Shown piece by piece: positions 14,220 through 26,984 of a DNA stretch of 64,000 nt. The notes below the pieces were generated by a model that did no database searches, was not told the DNA's origin, and saw nothing but the letters and a program-made list of their open reading frames with translations. How positions within the stretch are numbered: position 1 is the stretch's first letter; every line of letters starts with the position of its first letter. The translations under genes and the position numbers were made by a program. The DNA comes from Lingula anatina (Eukaryota; Animalia; Brachiopoda): contig CM120646.1 of the NCBI GenBank assembly GCA_051362555.1, positions 21,824,001-21,888,000 on the forward strand, read 5' to 3'.

Positions 14220-15246
14220 GTAAAATAAAAGACGTTGATGGATGCAACTTACGTTACAACTAAATAAGTATACTAACCTAGCAAGTCTCTGTCTCTCTTT
14301 TGAGTTAATTTTATGTAACTCTGTAACTTCAAACTACTTGTTTTAGACACATGCTCTTAGTATCAGTGCCTTTATGTTTATCTGAATATTGATAGCTTCT
14401 AGGTCAAAATCATTATATAGTTTATAAACTATAACTTGCTTATTTCATTGCTGCAGTTGTCTTGACCAATCAAACTTTTCGTCCCATTTTGTGATCTGGC
14501 TTTCATTTTTCTCTTATTCTCCTTGAATATTTTTGTCACTTGATTGCACTGCAGTGACTTTGCACTCACTATGTTTTGTTCATTTGTATTTCCTTCTTCA
14601 CCTCCTACTAAGGAAGTCATAGATTAACATTTTTGTGGTGGTATGAGTTTATTGTACAGTGATAAATTCATTGGAATACATAGCCTAGCCAATAAAATGG
14701 GGAAGTGTTACTACCTGTTGTCCTAGATCATGACATTCAGGAAAAGAATAGTTCAAATAATATCTACATGTCTTATCTCAGCAGCAATGTGTTATGCTTC
14801 CTGCTAGGAGTCTGTGTATTCCATTTCTTTTGGCTTACATATTCTCAGCTCTTTCTAGGTTTCTCTTACGTTTGTTTTAAAAACATAATTTTTGAAAAAT
14901 CATATTAAAGTTGGATTCAGTACTTTTAAAATTGTTTAGGTTGTTTTAATTTGTATCGGAGAGATCTGAAGCAACTCAATATTGCAATTGGCAACTGTGA
15001 TTCACAACAACATGCAGTTATATTGTGACTTTTTTTACTGTTAACTGAAGTTGCCTAAGTCATCACATATTTCAACAATAACAATTCATGTTGTTGGAAA
15101 GATAAAAATTTAAATTTTTCACATAGACTGTTTCTCTTGAATATATATACTGTGATACTGATACAGGATAAATTGTATATTAAGATTTTGATTATTAATG
15201 AAGCTTATAGAAAATCACCAAACTTGCAATGTTCCTTTCTTTTCAG

Positions 15247-15357
15247 GTGTGATAGATGGTCTGACTACAGGACAGATTGTGGGAATAGTAATCGCAGTTA
15301 TTGTAGTAGCTGTTATTGGTATTGTTATTGTTGCCATCGTCATATATAAGAAACCTA
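15247..15357 (+). CDS. Gene A exon: transmembrane helix
   Basis: ttttcag|GT...CCTA|gtaagt, 111 nt, phase 1-1. GLTTGQIVGIVIAVIVVAVIGIVIVAIVIYKKP, with positive charges C-terminal to the helix. Confidence 0.9.
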
Positions 15358-15974
15358 GTAAGTTGTTAAAAGGTAAAGTTGAACACTTAATTAATGGTGC
15401 AAAAAGCACTTAACCATTTTAGTTAACGTCATTGTGCATTTTGTTATATTTGTTATGTCTGGATAAAAAAAAATACTAGGCAAGGGAAAGTTCTGATAAA
15501 AATGCTTTTTGAATAAATTAACTTTAATTTGTAATACTAAAAGTAGCATGTTGATCAGATTAAATATTCTAAAAACAGACATATCACACTTTAATGTAAT
15601 TTGTATTTGATTATATTATTATATATAAGCAAAATATATGCAGTGTTACTCATTATTAAATTGCAAATCATCTGTTTACAAATAAGGCATTACATCCTAT
15701 TTTACCAACACTAAGACATTTATTACACATAGATAAACTAAGTTTATTTCTGCTTAAATACCGATTGCATCTATTGGCAGCACACAGTGCAGTTTTAAAT
15801 GTTGCTTATTTCATGATCGATGCCAAATTAATATGGAATGATAATGTATAAATATGTCTAAATCTTTCAAAAATAGCAGTGCGAATAGCTGACTATGAAT
15901 TTTTGTATGAAACTTGTGTTGCTCTGTTGCTTCAAAAGGCCTTTCCTGTTAACTTATTTTTTCAGTTCCCTCAG

Positions 15975-16152
15975 GTCATAGATCCTGCCCCTCTAGTGAA
16001 ACCGTTATTCTTGAACCAACCGAAAAAGAAATAGAGAAAAATGTTGGTGACTTTTTGAAGGTGATTGCTAATGTGAAAGACAAAACAGCCAACCAGCAAA
16101 TGGAGGTCTCCTGGTTTGATCCCAATGAAAGAAAAATTAACTCTGATTCAAG
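15975..16152 (+). CDS. Gene A exon: post-TM Ig-like domain 1, first half
   Basis: ctcag|GT...TCAAG|gtaca, phase 1-2 (an in-frame alternative acceptor lies 9 nt upstream). SETVILEPTEKEIEKNVGDFLKVIANVKDKTANQQMEVSWFDPNERKINSDS. Confidence 0.8.
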
Positions 16153-16450
16153 GTACAGTGTAAAAATAAGAACAAATGCATAAGCTTCTTTAAATAAATT
16201 GATACATACGGTAGAACTGATAACTATGTAATATGGTGTGTGTGTGGGGGGGGGGGGGGGCAGTTGTCTGAGCTGTGATTCACCTGGGTGTCATTATTAA
16301 GTTAGATTTGTTGATCCAGACTTTTTTGTTTAATTGATAGGACTGTAAGAAGGTATTCATGACCAAGCATTTTATTATAACAGAAACATAAACTTTATAA
16401 GCTATGCCATTGTTAGTTTTGTCAAAACATGATGTGTTGCGATCTTTCAG

Positions 16451-16593
16451 TAAATCAGGTATATCTGGAGAGGATGGCTGTTTGACTATCCAAACCATCA
16501 AGAAGGAGCTTGGAGGGAAATATATTTGTAGATGGAAGAGATGTGTGGAGGATCCAAGTGGAGAAATGTCTTTTGTTTTAAAGGTTGCCTCTG
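16451..16593 (+). CDS. Gene A exon: post-TM Ig-like domain 1, second half
   Basis: ctttcag|T...TCTG|gtatgt, phase 2-1. KSGISGEDGCLTIQTIKKELGGKYICRWKRCVEDPSGEMSFVLKVAS. Confidence 0.8.
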
Positions 16594-17098
16594 GTATGTA
16601 ATTCTCTCAAACTTTCTCTTTATGTAAGAGATAATGTTAACGTACAACCTTATGATTATCAGTGGAATTATTTTTCAATAAAAACTTAAGTGCGAGACAC
16701 CCTGTGCGATACAGGAGCAGTGATATCATATTGTTAAGTAGTTATGTTATGGTCCTTTGACTCCCTGACAAGGTCCATTGTTAGTACCTTTAATTTATGT
16801 TGAAACTAGCCAAAGCAGTAAATTTTAAATACTGGTTATTTTGTGACAATCTAAAAAAAAAACAAACTAGCAGTGCAAATAGCTAATTATAAATTTTATT
16901 TAATGTTGAATGTCACAGTGTGTTTCATTTTAAGTAGATAATCTCTGAAACTTCACAAGTGCAAGGATGAGTTATTTTTTAGGAGTGCACAAAATGAATT
17001 AATCTTTCAACACCACTTGGTTATATGAAACTTGTTTTGCTCTGTTGCTTCCTGACACAGCGGTCTTTTCTGTTAACTTCTTTTTTACATTATCCCAG

Positions 17099-17276
17099 GT
17101 AATCGATCTTGCCCCTGTAGTGAAACCCTTATTCTTCAACCAAGCGGAAAAGAAATAGAGAAAGATGTTGGTGACACTTTGAAGGTGATTGCAACTGTGA
17201 AAGACAAAACAACCAACCAGCAAATGGAGGTCTCCTGGTTTGATCCCAGAGGAAGGGCAATAAACTCTGATTCAAG
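17099..17276 (+). CDS. Gene A exon: post-TM Ig-like domain 2, first half
   Basis: Paralog of 15975-16152 with the same length (178 nt), an open frame and intact AG/GT. Confidence 0.78.
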
Positions 17277-17552
17277 GTAAATTGTGAAAAAAAGAATAAA
17301 TGCATGAGCTTCTTAAAATAAATTGATACATTGAACTGATAACTATGTACATATGCTAGGGGGGGTACAGTTGTTTGTGATTTACCTGGATACCATTAGT
17401 AAGATATGTTGAACCAGATTTTTTTGTTTAATAGATAGGACTGTTATTGAGTTATTCATCACCAAGCATATTATTATAACAGAAACATCATTAACTTTAT
17501 AAGCTATGCCATTTTAGTTTTGCCTAAACATTGATGTGCTGTGATCTTTCAG

Positions 17553-17695
17553 TAAATCAGGTATATCTGGAGAGGATGGCTGTTTGACTATCCAAACCAT
17601 CAAGAAAGAGCATGGAGGGAAATATATTTGTAGATGGATGAGATGTGTGGAGGATCCAAGAGGAGAAATGTCTTTTGATTTAAAGGTTGCCTCTG
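17553..17695 (+). CDS. Gene A exon: post-TM Ig-like domain 2, second half
   Basis: Paralog of 16451-16593 (143 nt) with an open frame and intact AG/GT. Confidence 0.78.
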
Positions 17696-17929
17696 GTATG
17701 TAATTCTCTTTATGTAAGAGGTAGTGTGTACCTATAACCTTATGATTATCTATTCAGTGGAATTATTTTCCAATAAAAATTAAAGTGCAGGAAACCCAGT
17801 TCAATATAAGAGCAGGAATATAATATTATTATAAAATAGTATGTTAAATAACAGTGATTTAGAAGTACCACTTTTTTGCTACATAGAAATGGGTTTTTTG
17901 ATAAAAGTTCCTTACATGGCATTAGTCTT

Positions 17930-19775
17930 CACTAGTGGGCTTGATTTGATCTTAAAGTGCAATTTAAGATTCCAAATAGTCTTATGTGATCTTAAACCAT
18001 GAGTAAGACCATTTCTGCACTGACAGCCAATTAAGCTGTCTCGCCTTACACATTCTTCTATAGTGAGCAGAGGTGTCCTCTTTTGTGAGGAGAGGCATCC
18101 CCCATTGTGAGGGGAGGAAACTGCTTGACCACTTAAGGGGTCTAGGATATTAACGAAAAAGTCCAAAACTAATGCAGCTAATTAAATTTCCTATTAACTA
18201 AAGGATGTGGTCTAGCAAGCAAAACAATTTTCCAAAGTTTGTAGTCACAGTGTAACACGAGTGACGTAATATCAGCATTTTGGGGCTAAAGTTGTCATTT
18301 TTTTAATCAAGATTTTCTCTTAAACAAAAAGCCCTATAAATATGATTGAAATAGCTATCTAAAGGTTAGCACAAAAACCAGTAAACTTAGTCAGGATTTT
18401 CTCTTATTATCTTTACTTTTGATTTTATTTTGATAAAACGTGAATTTTACGAAATATATATGGACCTTCCACTTTCAGTTTTAATAACTTCAAAAATAAA
18501 AGGTCAATCAAAAATTCAAGACTCTGTTGACTAGATATTATACTGAAACACAGACACATCAAATTTCATGTCAATCTGATGGTTAAAGAATGAGATATGG
18601 GGATTGAAATTTAGACTATGTTATCAATCTTCAAAGCTGAGAAATCGCTCATAAACCATTTGTCTCAGGTAATTGGGCTAATTTAGCAAATTAATTGCAC
18701 CTCCACCTGTTATCATCTTATTGATCGGGAAGGTCTATACACCATTATGTGGGTTGTTTGTTTCTATCTAGATGCCAGAAAATCTTACTTTTGTACGCAA
18801 ACTTATTCACACCATGAAAGCCGCTCTTCCCTGAGAAATGATTGACAGCTGAGTAGGCCTACCTACTCTCGTTTCACTGACGTAATTAATCATAATTGTG
18901 CCTGACGCAGTAGAAGTCTGTGCACTGTCTAGGAAGTGTCTAAGGAAGGGCTAACAAACAAAAAGAAAATTACTTGAGGTGCAAGCAGAGGACAATGCCA
19001 CCCGTCGTGCGTGGACGCCACTCTACACACCAAGACATGAAAATGGAGAAAGCAAAGAAAGAATTACTCCAAGAAATGGCCAAATGTGGGTACGTATCAG
19101 CCACGATGCCAGAGAGTGCCAAGACCATAATATGCAAGTTTGAAAATGTTTTGGGTGGCAATATTATTCATAAACTTGATTGCTGTTACAATTTTTTTGT
19201 GAATAAAATGATTGCCTAACGATTTTTTCTGACAACCCCAGACGTTGTACGAATTCTCAGCAGCTCAAGTGTGATCTCAAATCTTTACCTAGATGTGATT
19301 GAGATGCTAAGGGAGAAAATTTAATATATTGTTAACAATGTAATGGAAACAATATAATCTCAGTTTAGCTGACATAAGACTTATTAGCTGCCAGTGCACG
19401 CGTAACAGCTTAAGACAAGTTAGACAACCATTCTTGCCCCGCCCCCCATAGTAACGGTGCTTGACAACGGAGGCCGAGCCTAGAGGCCATGGACAGGTAG
19501 AAAAACTCGTTCAAATATATATTTTTAGTCCGTGTTGCAAAAATATAACTTAATTGAGTATTAGATTCAATATTGATTATTTCTAACGTATAAAAAACTA
19601 AAAATCGAGTTTTAGACGTATTTGTAATATCCTTGACCCCTTAAGTAGATGTTAGATCATTTGTGATCTTAAAAGCAGATACAGCATTTTAAGACTACTG
19701 CTATTATGATTAAGACCGTGTTAGATTATTTGTGATCTTAAATTGCACTTTAAGATCAAATCCAGCCCACTAGTG
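17930..19775 (-). mobile_element. CACTA-type MITE with a nested Kolobok-like element
   Basis: cactagtgggc ... gcccactagtg termini with a 3-bp TSD CTT. Confidence 0.85.
18137..19640. mobile_element. TTAA-specific DNA transposon, Kolobok-like, non-autonomous
   Basis: TTAA|ggggtctaggatattaacgaaaaagtccaaaact ... agttttagacgtatttgtaatatccttgacccc|TTAA. Removing it restores the CACTA MITE. Confidence 0.75.
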
Positions 19776-20734
19776 CTTATAAGGTCAAATTTGGTAAATT
19801 GTCAATTCAAAATGCCAATGAGCTTGCTATAATCTATTTTTCACAACCTGCAGCTTTTTAAATGTGTGAGGTGTGGTTATATTCATTTTGAATACAACAA
19901 AATACCCTGGTTTAGGTGTGAATTAATTAGCACATTTTTTCAGGTTTGTCATATTTAACATGTTCCAATAGAAGGCTTAACATGTTATATTTTCTCATTT
20001 GCCTGGTGTTGTTTAAGCATAAAAAAAAACGAAATAGATTTTGTATTCAGTCTCATATGTTGATGCACCTCTCTCAGTTTTGGTCAGAAATATTTTTTAA
20101 GTAAAATAAGAAAATGGTTAAAAAATTGTCATTTTTGTCTTCATTGTGTGCTACTTACTCATACTTGATTGATTCAATGTCTTTCTAAACTCTTTCTTTC
20201 TTTGATCAAATTCTACATTCCTACTGGTACCATATCTGCTCATAGCACAGTTACATCTAAACTAACAACTACTAGTAAGTACATCATGCACCCATTGTAC
20301 ATACTTGAGTTGCATGGCCAGTATGAGCTTTGAGGTGGAAATGGCAAATAGGCTCATGATGATGATGAAAATTAATGCATTAAATAGCCAAAATTTAAGA
20401 TGGCTACAGTGAATTTATTTAATCAAGATGAAAAACATGTAGACAAGATTATCAAATGTATTAATGGTATGATTTTAATTTTCACTTATTGTAGAATTAT
20501 ATGGGCAACATACATGCACTACATGTGTATTACTCTGTCAGCATTTTAAATCTATATACAAGGCTTTGGACTCAAAGTTTTTAGTCATATGTATGTACGA
20601 AATGAGCAAAAGTAAATTATGGTCATCTTGTATTGTGGCTGTTTCCATAGCTTTATTTAGATATGCCTGTCCATTTGTCTATATAGTTAAATAAACAGGT
20701 ATCAGGAATATCCCCCCCCCCCCCAGCTCCCCCG

Positions 20735-21700
20735 CACTAGTGGGCTGGATATGGTCTTAAAGTGCAATTTAAGATAACTAGTTATCTTATGCGATCTTAA
20801 TCATTATAGCAGTAGTCTTAAAATGGACTGAATCTGCTTTTAAGTTCAAAAATGGTCAAACATCTACTTAAGTGGTCAAGCAGTTTCTTCCCCTCATAAT
20901 GGGGGACACCTCCTCTCACAATAGAGGACACCTCTGCTCTCAATAGGAGAATGTGTAAGGGGAGACAACTAAATTGGCTGTTAGACTAGAAATGGTCTTA
21001 GACCCCATTTCCAGAGATTAGATCTCTGGGTGTTCACGCTAAATAGCTGTCAGCCGAGCGGACACGAAAGTTAATTACTCCCTTACAGCTTGTAGTAGGC
21101 GGGACGGACAAGCCAAGCCAACGAGTATAAGTGTTCTACTTATTCATCCAACATGGATCCAGAGTCCTTCATCACTTTGGAAAATGAATGTTTGAAGATA
21201 GTTATTACAGCTCATTTTACCTTACAGATGTGTTTGATCCATTTCATGCCTTGTAGTTTTATGTAAATATTTGATTATATGTTAGACCCACAAATTATTC
21301 CTGAATTTAGAGTGAGAAACATAGATATTTGATTCTTAGATTGTTACATACAGGGAAGGCAATGCATTGGAACTTTAGATATTATATATTGAGAGACGTT
21401 GCAGGAGGACTGCAAATGTCCTCTTTACTTCTTATCTAATGTTGACTTAATTTGCATAACACAAAATTTGTCAGTGCTACAAAAGAAACCAAGATACTTT
21501 CTGTAATGTTGCATACTTTTATATTTAATGGGACTAAGCTTGAAAAAAGCCGGATTATCTGACAGTAATCTAGTGAGACTCCCCGTGGGGATAGACCGAT
21601 CTAAAAGCTCTGGGAATACAGCCTTGCTCGTGGTTTAAGTTCATGTAAGACAATCTGTGATCTTAAATTGCACTTTAAGATCAAATCAAGCCCACTAGTG
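20735..21700 (+). mobile_element. CACTA-type MITE with a nested Harbinger-like MITE (21001-21623)
   Basis: cactagtgggc/gcccactagtg termini with TSD CCG. The inner element reads gaccccatttccagag ... ctctgggaatacagcc. Confidence 0.8.
21115..21550 (+). repeat. 436-bp local duplicate of 24387-24822
   Basis: Aligns by eye with about 6 substitutions. AAGC(C) microhomology at both junctions. Confidence 0.9.
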
Positions 21701-22720
21701 CCGGACAATGCCCCCCAGGACAATCCCCCACTCCCCAAGAATATACATTTATATACAAATATAGAGGAAGAGTAAAATATTCAATTTTTTTTTCATCTAT
21801 TTAACAAATATTTTTTAGTGTGATCATGCAACTCGTTTGTTTAATGATGAAGTAGTATTATCACACTAGAAATATTAATAAATTGGATGATATGTTTTAA
21901 ACTTACACTAGTATTTACTCTATTTTTGTATCTAAATATATATTTCTTTGGGGGGTTATCTTGGAATCAAATAAACATTTCAAGTGTCAGAATTTGTCTC
22001 CAAATGAGAAAATGATTTAAAAATGTGATTCTGCACTTAAACCACAAATATGATAGGTGTATTGCATGTAAGTTTAAAGTAGGTGGTTGAAACCAGAACT
22101 TACTTTTTGAAGTGTCAGTAGTTTCCTAAAATAGCATACACTGTACATTCCATAAGACTATAGTACACCTGTCATTGAACCTTTCAACCCACCAAACAGA
22201 ATGATGTTAATTTTAAATAATGGCTTGCGATTGCACCTTGAGCTTCAGATCAGATTCAGCTTCTGGTATGGTATATGATATAATAAGTATATCCTGACCC
22301 TCATTTATTTTTATTATAACTTTTTTTTTGCCAATTAATAAAGGTTGCACAAGGCCATTGGATTGCATAGATGTTGGAAGTTGTATATGGGGGAATGATT
22401 TACTGATTATATAAATCAACTTTTAGTGGTAGCTTTAGATGGTTTTATTTACCTGAAATCACAACTGAACTGTTCATGAATTTCTCATGGTTCAATTTTG
22501 TGGGTGTTACAAACCAGTGTAGCTATGACACTTTATTAGACCCCTATTTGGTACTGTAAAGTATGAGAGTTCAAGCAGACTATAACCCCATTAACAGCAA
22601 TAAAATTTGCCTGCCAGAATCTGAAACTCAGGTAGCAACATTTGAACATTTTATAACTTACTAGGATGTAATATACAGACTTGACATTTTATATGGAACA
22701 TTTTTTCCAAATCATTTTTC

Positions 22721-22776
<56 letters not shown>

Positions 22777-22949
22777 ACTGATAACTTAAAAGAAGGATTA
22801 AAATAATGATCTCTCTGATGTTATTGTGACATCAGGTCATACCAGTGAAGCAAACAAAAATACATTGTTTATTCTAAGTCATTAAACGAGCATTAAAAAT
22901 GATACTTTGGATCTCCATATTTTCCAAATTATCATGTGTAAAAGAGTAA

Positions 22950-23750
22950 CATACCTCACAAAGGACCCTCATGTCAGTGTCTAGTCACAGCAAAGTTCAC
23001 TGTTACGCTTGGACTCATCTGGTTGCTACCAGGACTCTTAAGCAGAAAAGCATTCCTTGGGATAGGTTTTTGAGTTTAATCTGGAATAAAATTCCAGGCA
23101 TTGGTCAAAACTTGTCTAGTTTGGTTCAGTTATTTTGTGGGATATGTAGACCATTGATTTGGCGAGTACTGACCTACCCACATATTGCCTAGTACTAGTA
23201 TGTGGTTCAAATATGGCAATTTTGATGGCCTTAGTAGCGGCTCATTCACTTGGTTGATCAAAGTTATCTGTTATTAAAAGTGCTCTGTGTGAACCAGCAA
23301 TCTCATTGTGCAATGATAAATTGTTCGAAAGGTGCCTTTTATCAAATGATAGCAAATTAGTTCCCATATTATTCCTTTATTTGATGTTCATATTTTCAGA
23401 TGACTGTCATTGGTTTTTTGGCACCAATGTGAAATCCACTCCAAATGCTGATGCTTTTAATGACCCTTAGGCTAATCACTTTAGATGCGGCACATGCTTC
23501 ATTGTAGGCTTCATTAAGATGTCTGTAAACTCTGTTTTGACTAGATGGAATCTGACTTCAATAAAGAAAGCCGTGCAGTTTCAGTGTTCTACCCAGAAAC
23601 GGTGATGGCCCCCAATTCATAGGAGAAACAGCCAATGATGTTTTGCTATTTACAGTGGCTTCCTCAAATGTTATCTAAAACCAGTTTGATGTCTGCTTAG
23701 GGCCTTGAAAAATGCATTCTGATGGCGATTTACCTCATTCTGAACAAAAT
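22950..23750 (-). pseudogene. Possible ancient Academ-like transposase remnant
   Basis: Minus-strand motifs WSGFH (~23440), FDQP (~23260) and DKF..MPG in Academ-like order and spacing, with many stops and frameshifts. Confidence 0.3.
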
Positions 23751-26489
23751 CGGCTGTTTTTATTTAGTTGCAGCAGCATACCTGGAAGGACAGTGAGCCC
23801 TGGGTGTGACCTCTGTGTAGGTACATCAGTCTGGGCATAACTCTATAAAACTGTGCAGACCATTCCTTGTTACACAGTAATCTGCTTGGCAATGTCTGCA
23901 TATGTCTTTTTTGAGCCATTCTGGCACAAATTAACAATTTTATAAAACACTGCTTAACTCATTTTGAGCACTGCAAAACCAATCACTTGCATGCGAAATG
24001 TCAAATTCTTATATGCAGTAGTAGCCTACATATGGATACTTTTTTGAGAGAACCATGCTTCGCCAAAGCCAAACTTAGACCAGCCCAAAGGTGCACCAGC
24101 CATTTAAATCACTGCACAATACATAATGCAGCAGTGCAGCAGACATGGTAGTCAGTTAATTGATAGTGACCCACCTGACCACACACTTATCCATTCATAT
24201 TATATCTTATATAAGATCTGAGTTTTTTTTTTTTTTTTTATGAAGAACACATTTTACTTAGGCATACCTTTGAAACTGAACTATTCCATATTAAATGTCA
24301 AGTCTAAATATATATTAAAGAAAGACGCACTTTGAATAAATTTGGTATTATATTTAAAGTTAACATCAATGTTTTGTAGGTGGAGGAAGCCAACGAGTAT
24401 AAGTGTTCTACTTATTCATCCAACATGGATCCAGAGTCCTTCATCACTTTGGAAAATGAATGTTTGAAGATAGTTATTACAGCTCATTTTACCTTACAGA
24501 TGTGTTTGATCAATTTCATGCCTTGTAGTTTTATGTAAATATTTGATTATATGTTAGACCCACAAATTATTCCTGAATTTAGAGTGAGAAACGTAGATAT
24601 TTGATTCTTAGATTGTTACATACAGGGAAGGCAATGCATTGGAACTTTAGATATTATATATTTAGAGATGTTGCAGGAGGACTGCAAATGTCCTCTTTAC
24701 TTCTTATCTAATGTTGACTTAATTTGCATAACACAAAATTTGTCAGTGCTACAAAAGAAACCAAAATACTTTTTGTAATGTTGCATACTTTTATATTTAA
24801 TGGGACTAAGCTTGAAAAAAGCAAGTGGAACATACAAGGTATTGAAGTATGGTATATTATTCCAAGTCAGAAAGTAAAAAAGTTTTATGGCCTTTGAAGT
24901 AACTTGAGGAGCCATCTTCAAAAATAATTCAAGGTATGCAGTCAGATTATCACGTTTCCTTCCTAGTAGAAATTTTTTGAAATTGCTTAAAGACAAATAA
25001 ATTTGGTTGAAACAAATGGGTTGCTGTAGTATGGTGAATTAATACATGATGGCTATACTCTTCATACATAGTGTACATGTTACTGCAGATATATAAATTG
25101 CATTATAGCTGTATTCTAATTTGAAATTATATTAACTCATGGTTAGGCATGTTAAATTTTAGTAGAAATAGTTTGTCCATATTTTGTGTTTGATCAAACC
25201 ATATGCAGTGTTGATTTTTATGAATTGTGAATCAAAAATTTGCCAAATTGGGGGAAAAGAGTTGAAAATTAGTGTCAGTTAAATATATGGGTCATACTTT
25301 TGAGGACAAAGTAATCGACTTAGATGGTTATTTTACGTACAGGTACTATATTTTTCATTAGTTATATAATTTTATAAAACAATACTTGAAGGTGCTCTTT
25401 TTATCAATACATTTGATTGCTTTACTATTTTCTTTAAGTCTAACACATTTTCAATTGCCTAATTTCTTTGACTCAGTTCAGCTTGCTTTGTGATCTTAAC
25501 AGTAATACTAATTTTGATACGTTTTACCTGCTTTCATACTAAAAACTTACACTTTTACAATTGTATGGTTTATATTCTGTATGTCTGCCTTTGTGATTTA
25601 ATCATCTGACCCTCTTTATTTTTAAAAAATTATGGGTGTCAAAGGATTAACAAAGTGATTTATTGTTTGTTTTAAAATGCATTAGAAAGATTAGAGAAGG
25701 TGCTAAAAGCTGCCACTTGCCTGTTTGTTTGTAAAATTTTCTGATATTCTATGTGTAAATTACCTTTTTTTTCTTTCTGTGCTATAAGTTCAGGGTGAAA
25801 ATAAAGAGATGCGTTTTGAACAATGTCATTATTAATAGCTAAAGCTAATGTCTGCAGTAACTTTCATCATACTGATCACATAGTTATTAAAATAGTTGCA
25901 TCTGTGACTTTAGAATAATTGCTACTCTGTTGGCATATCTGTGCTTTAAACACTTAAATTAACATCAAGTAATTTAGAAATTGTTTTGAAGGTATTAAAC
26001 TAAATTTCAAATTGTCATATTTTGTATTAGGTATATCGTTGTAGGGATTTAATATGTTGTTTTTCTTTTTAAATGCTGTATTTATAAAATTGAATAAAGC
26101 ATTGCTAGCTAGAAAATACACTAAAATCTCACCTAGGTAGATAACCACCAATCTGCTTGGGTTAGGATGGTCAACTGTGGCATATGTATTGCTTTAATTT
26201 ATAGATATATCACATAAATGTCTCATAAAATGAAGTAAACTAGCATAGTTATCTGCTAAGATAATTATGTCTTGATAGAAGCAGGTGTGTACTTTTTTTT
26301 ACAATTTTTTCCTAATGAATGATTTAGTTTTGGTCACTCTTTATCAATACACAAATTTAACCCATGCAAATCATTTTATTCCATGTTACTTCATATTTTC
26401 GATGTCATGTAGCATATGTTAAAATGATCGAATAAAATGATTTTGTAATATTTTTAATTGTACTTCCAAATATATTTCCATTATCTTAG

Positions 26490-26550
26490 GTGGAAATGGC
26501 TGCAGTGAAATCCATCATTATGAAAACACTGTTTCGCCTGATACAGAAAA
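26490..26550 (+). CDS. Gene A exon: cytoplasmic tail with Tyr motif
   Basis: tcttag|GT...GAAAA|gtaagt, phase 1-2. GGNGCSEIHHYENTVSPDTE(K). Confidence 0.75.
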
Positions 26551-26984
26551 GTAAGTGGGGGGAAAAGTTTAATTGCATTGTGCACGGCAAACTTATTTTG
26601 AATACTTTATTTATTTATTTATTTATTTTATTATTTTTTTTTTATTTTTTTTTTATTTATTTTTTTTGACAATCAAATTTTAATCCTGTTTGAATTATAG
26701 TCGATGTGTATTGACATTTCTGTATTTTAAATTCCCCTATTGCCAAAAATATGAAGAAAATTGCTCTTATAAACATTTTTCACAGTTCATTGCTGGTTGC
26801 TTTATCTAGATATGTAATAAAGATAACTATAACATTATATATGTCAGCTTCATTTGTTTAAAGCATATATTTCATTGTCGAGCTTGCACTCCCTCTGTTT
26901 TCCCCTTGTATAGGTAAGGGAAGTGTGGCACGTGCTTTAAAATGTGTTATAAAAGCTTAGGAAGCTTCATTGTTTTATATACAG

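Noticed and set aside
18974-19219. 81-aa ORF inside the Kolobok-like element
   Set aside because: No recognisable domain. It may be an exon remnant, but this cannot be supported from the sequence.
22540-22631. Additional gene A exon ending CAG|gtagca
   Set aside because: No acceptor gives an open phase-1 frame compatible with the upstream exon.
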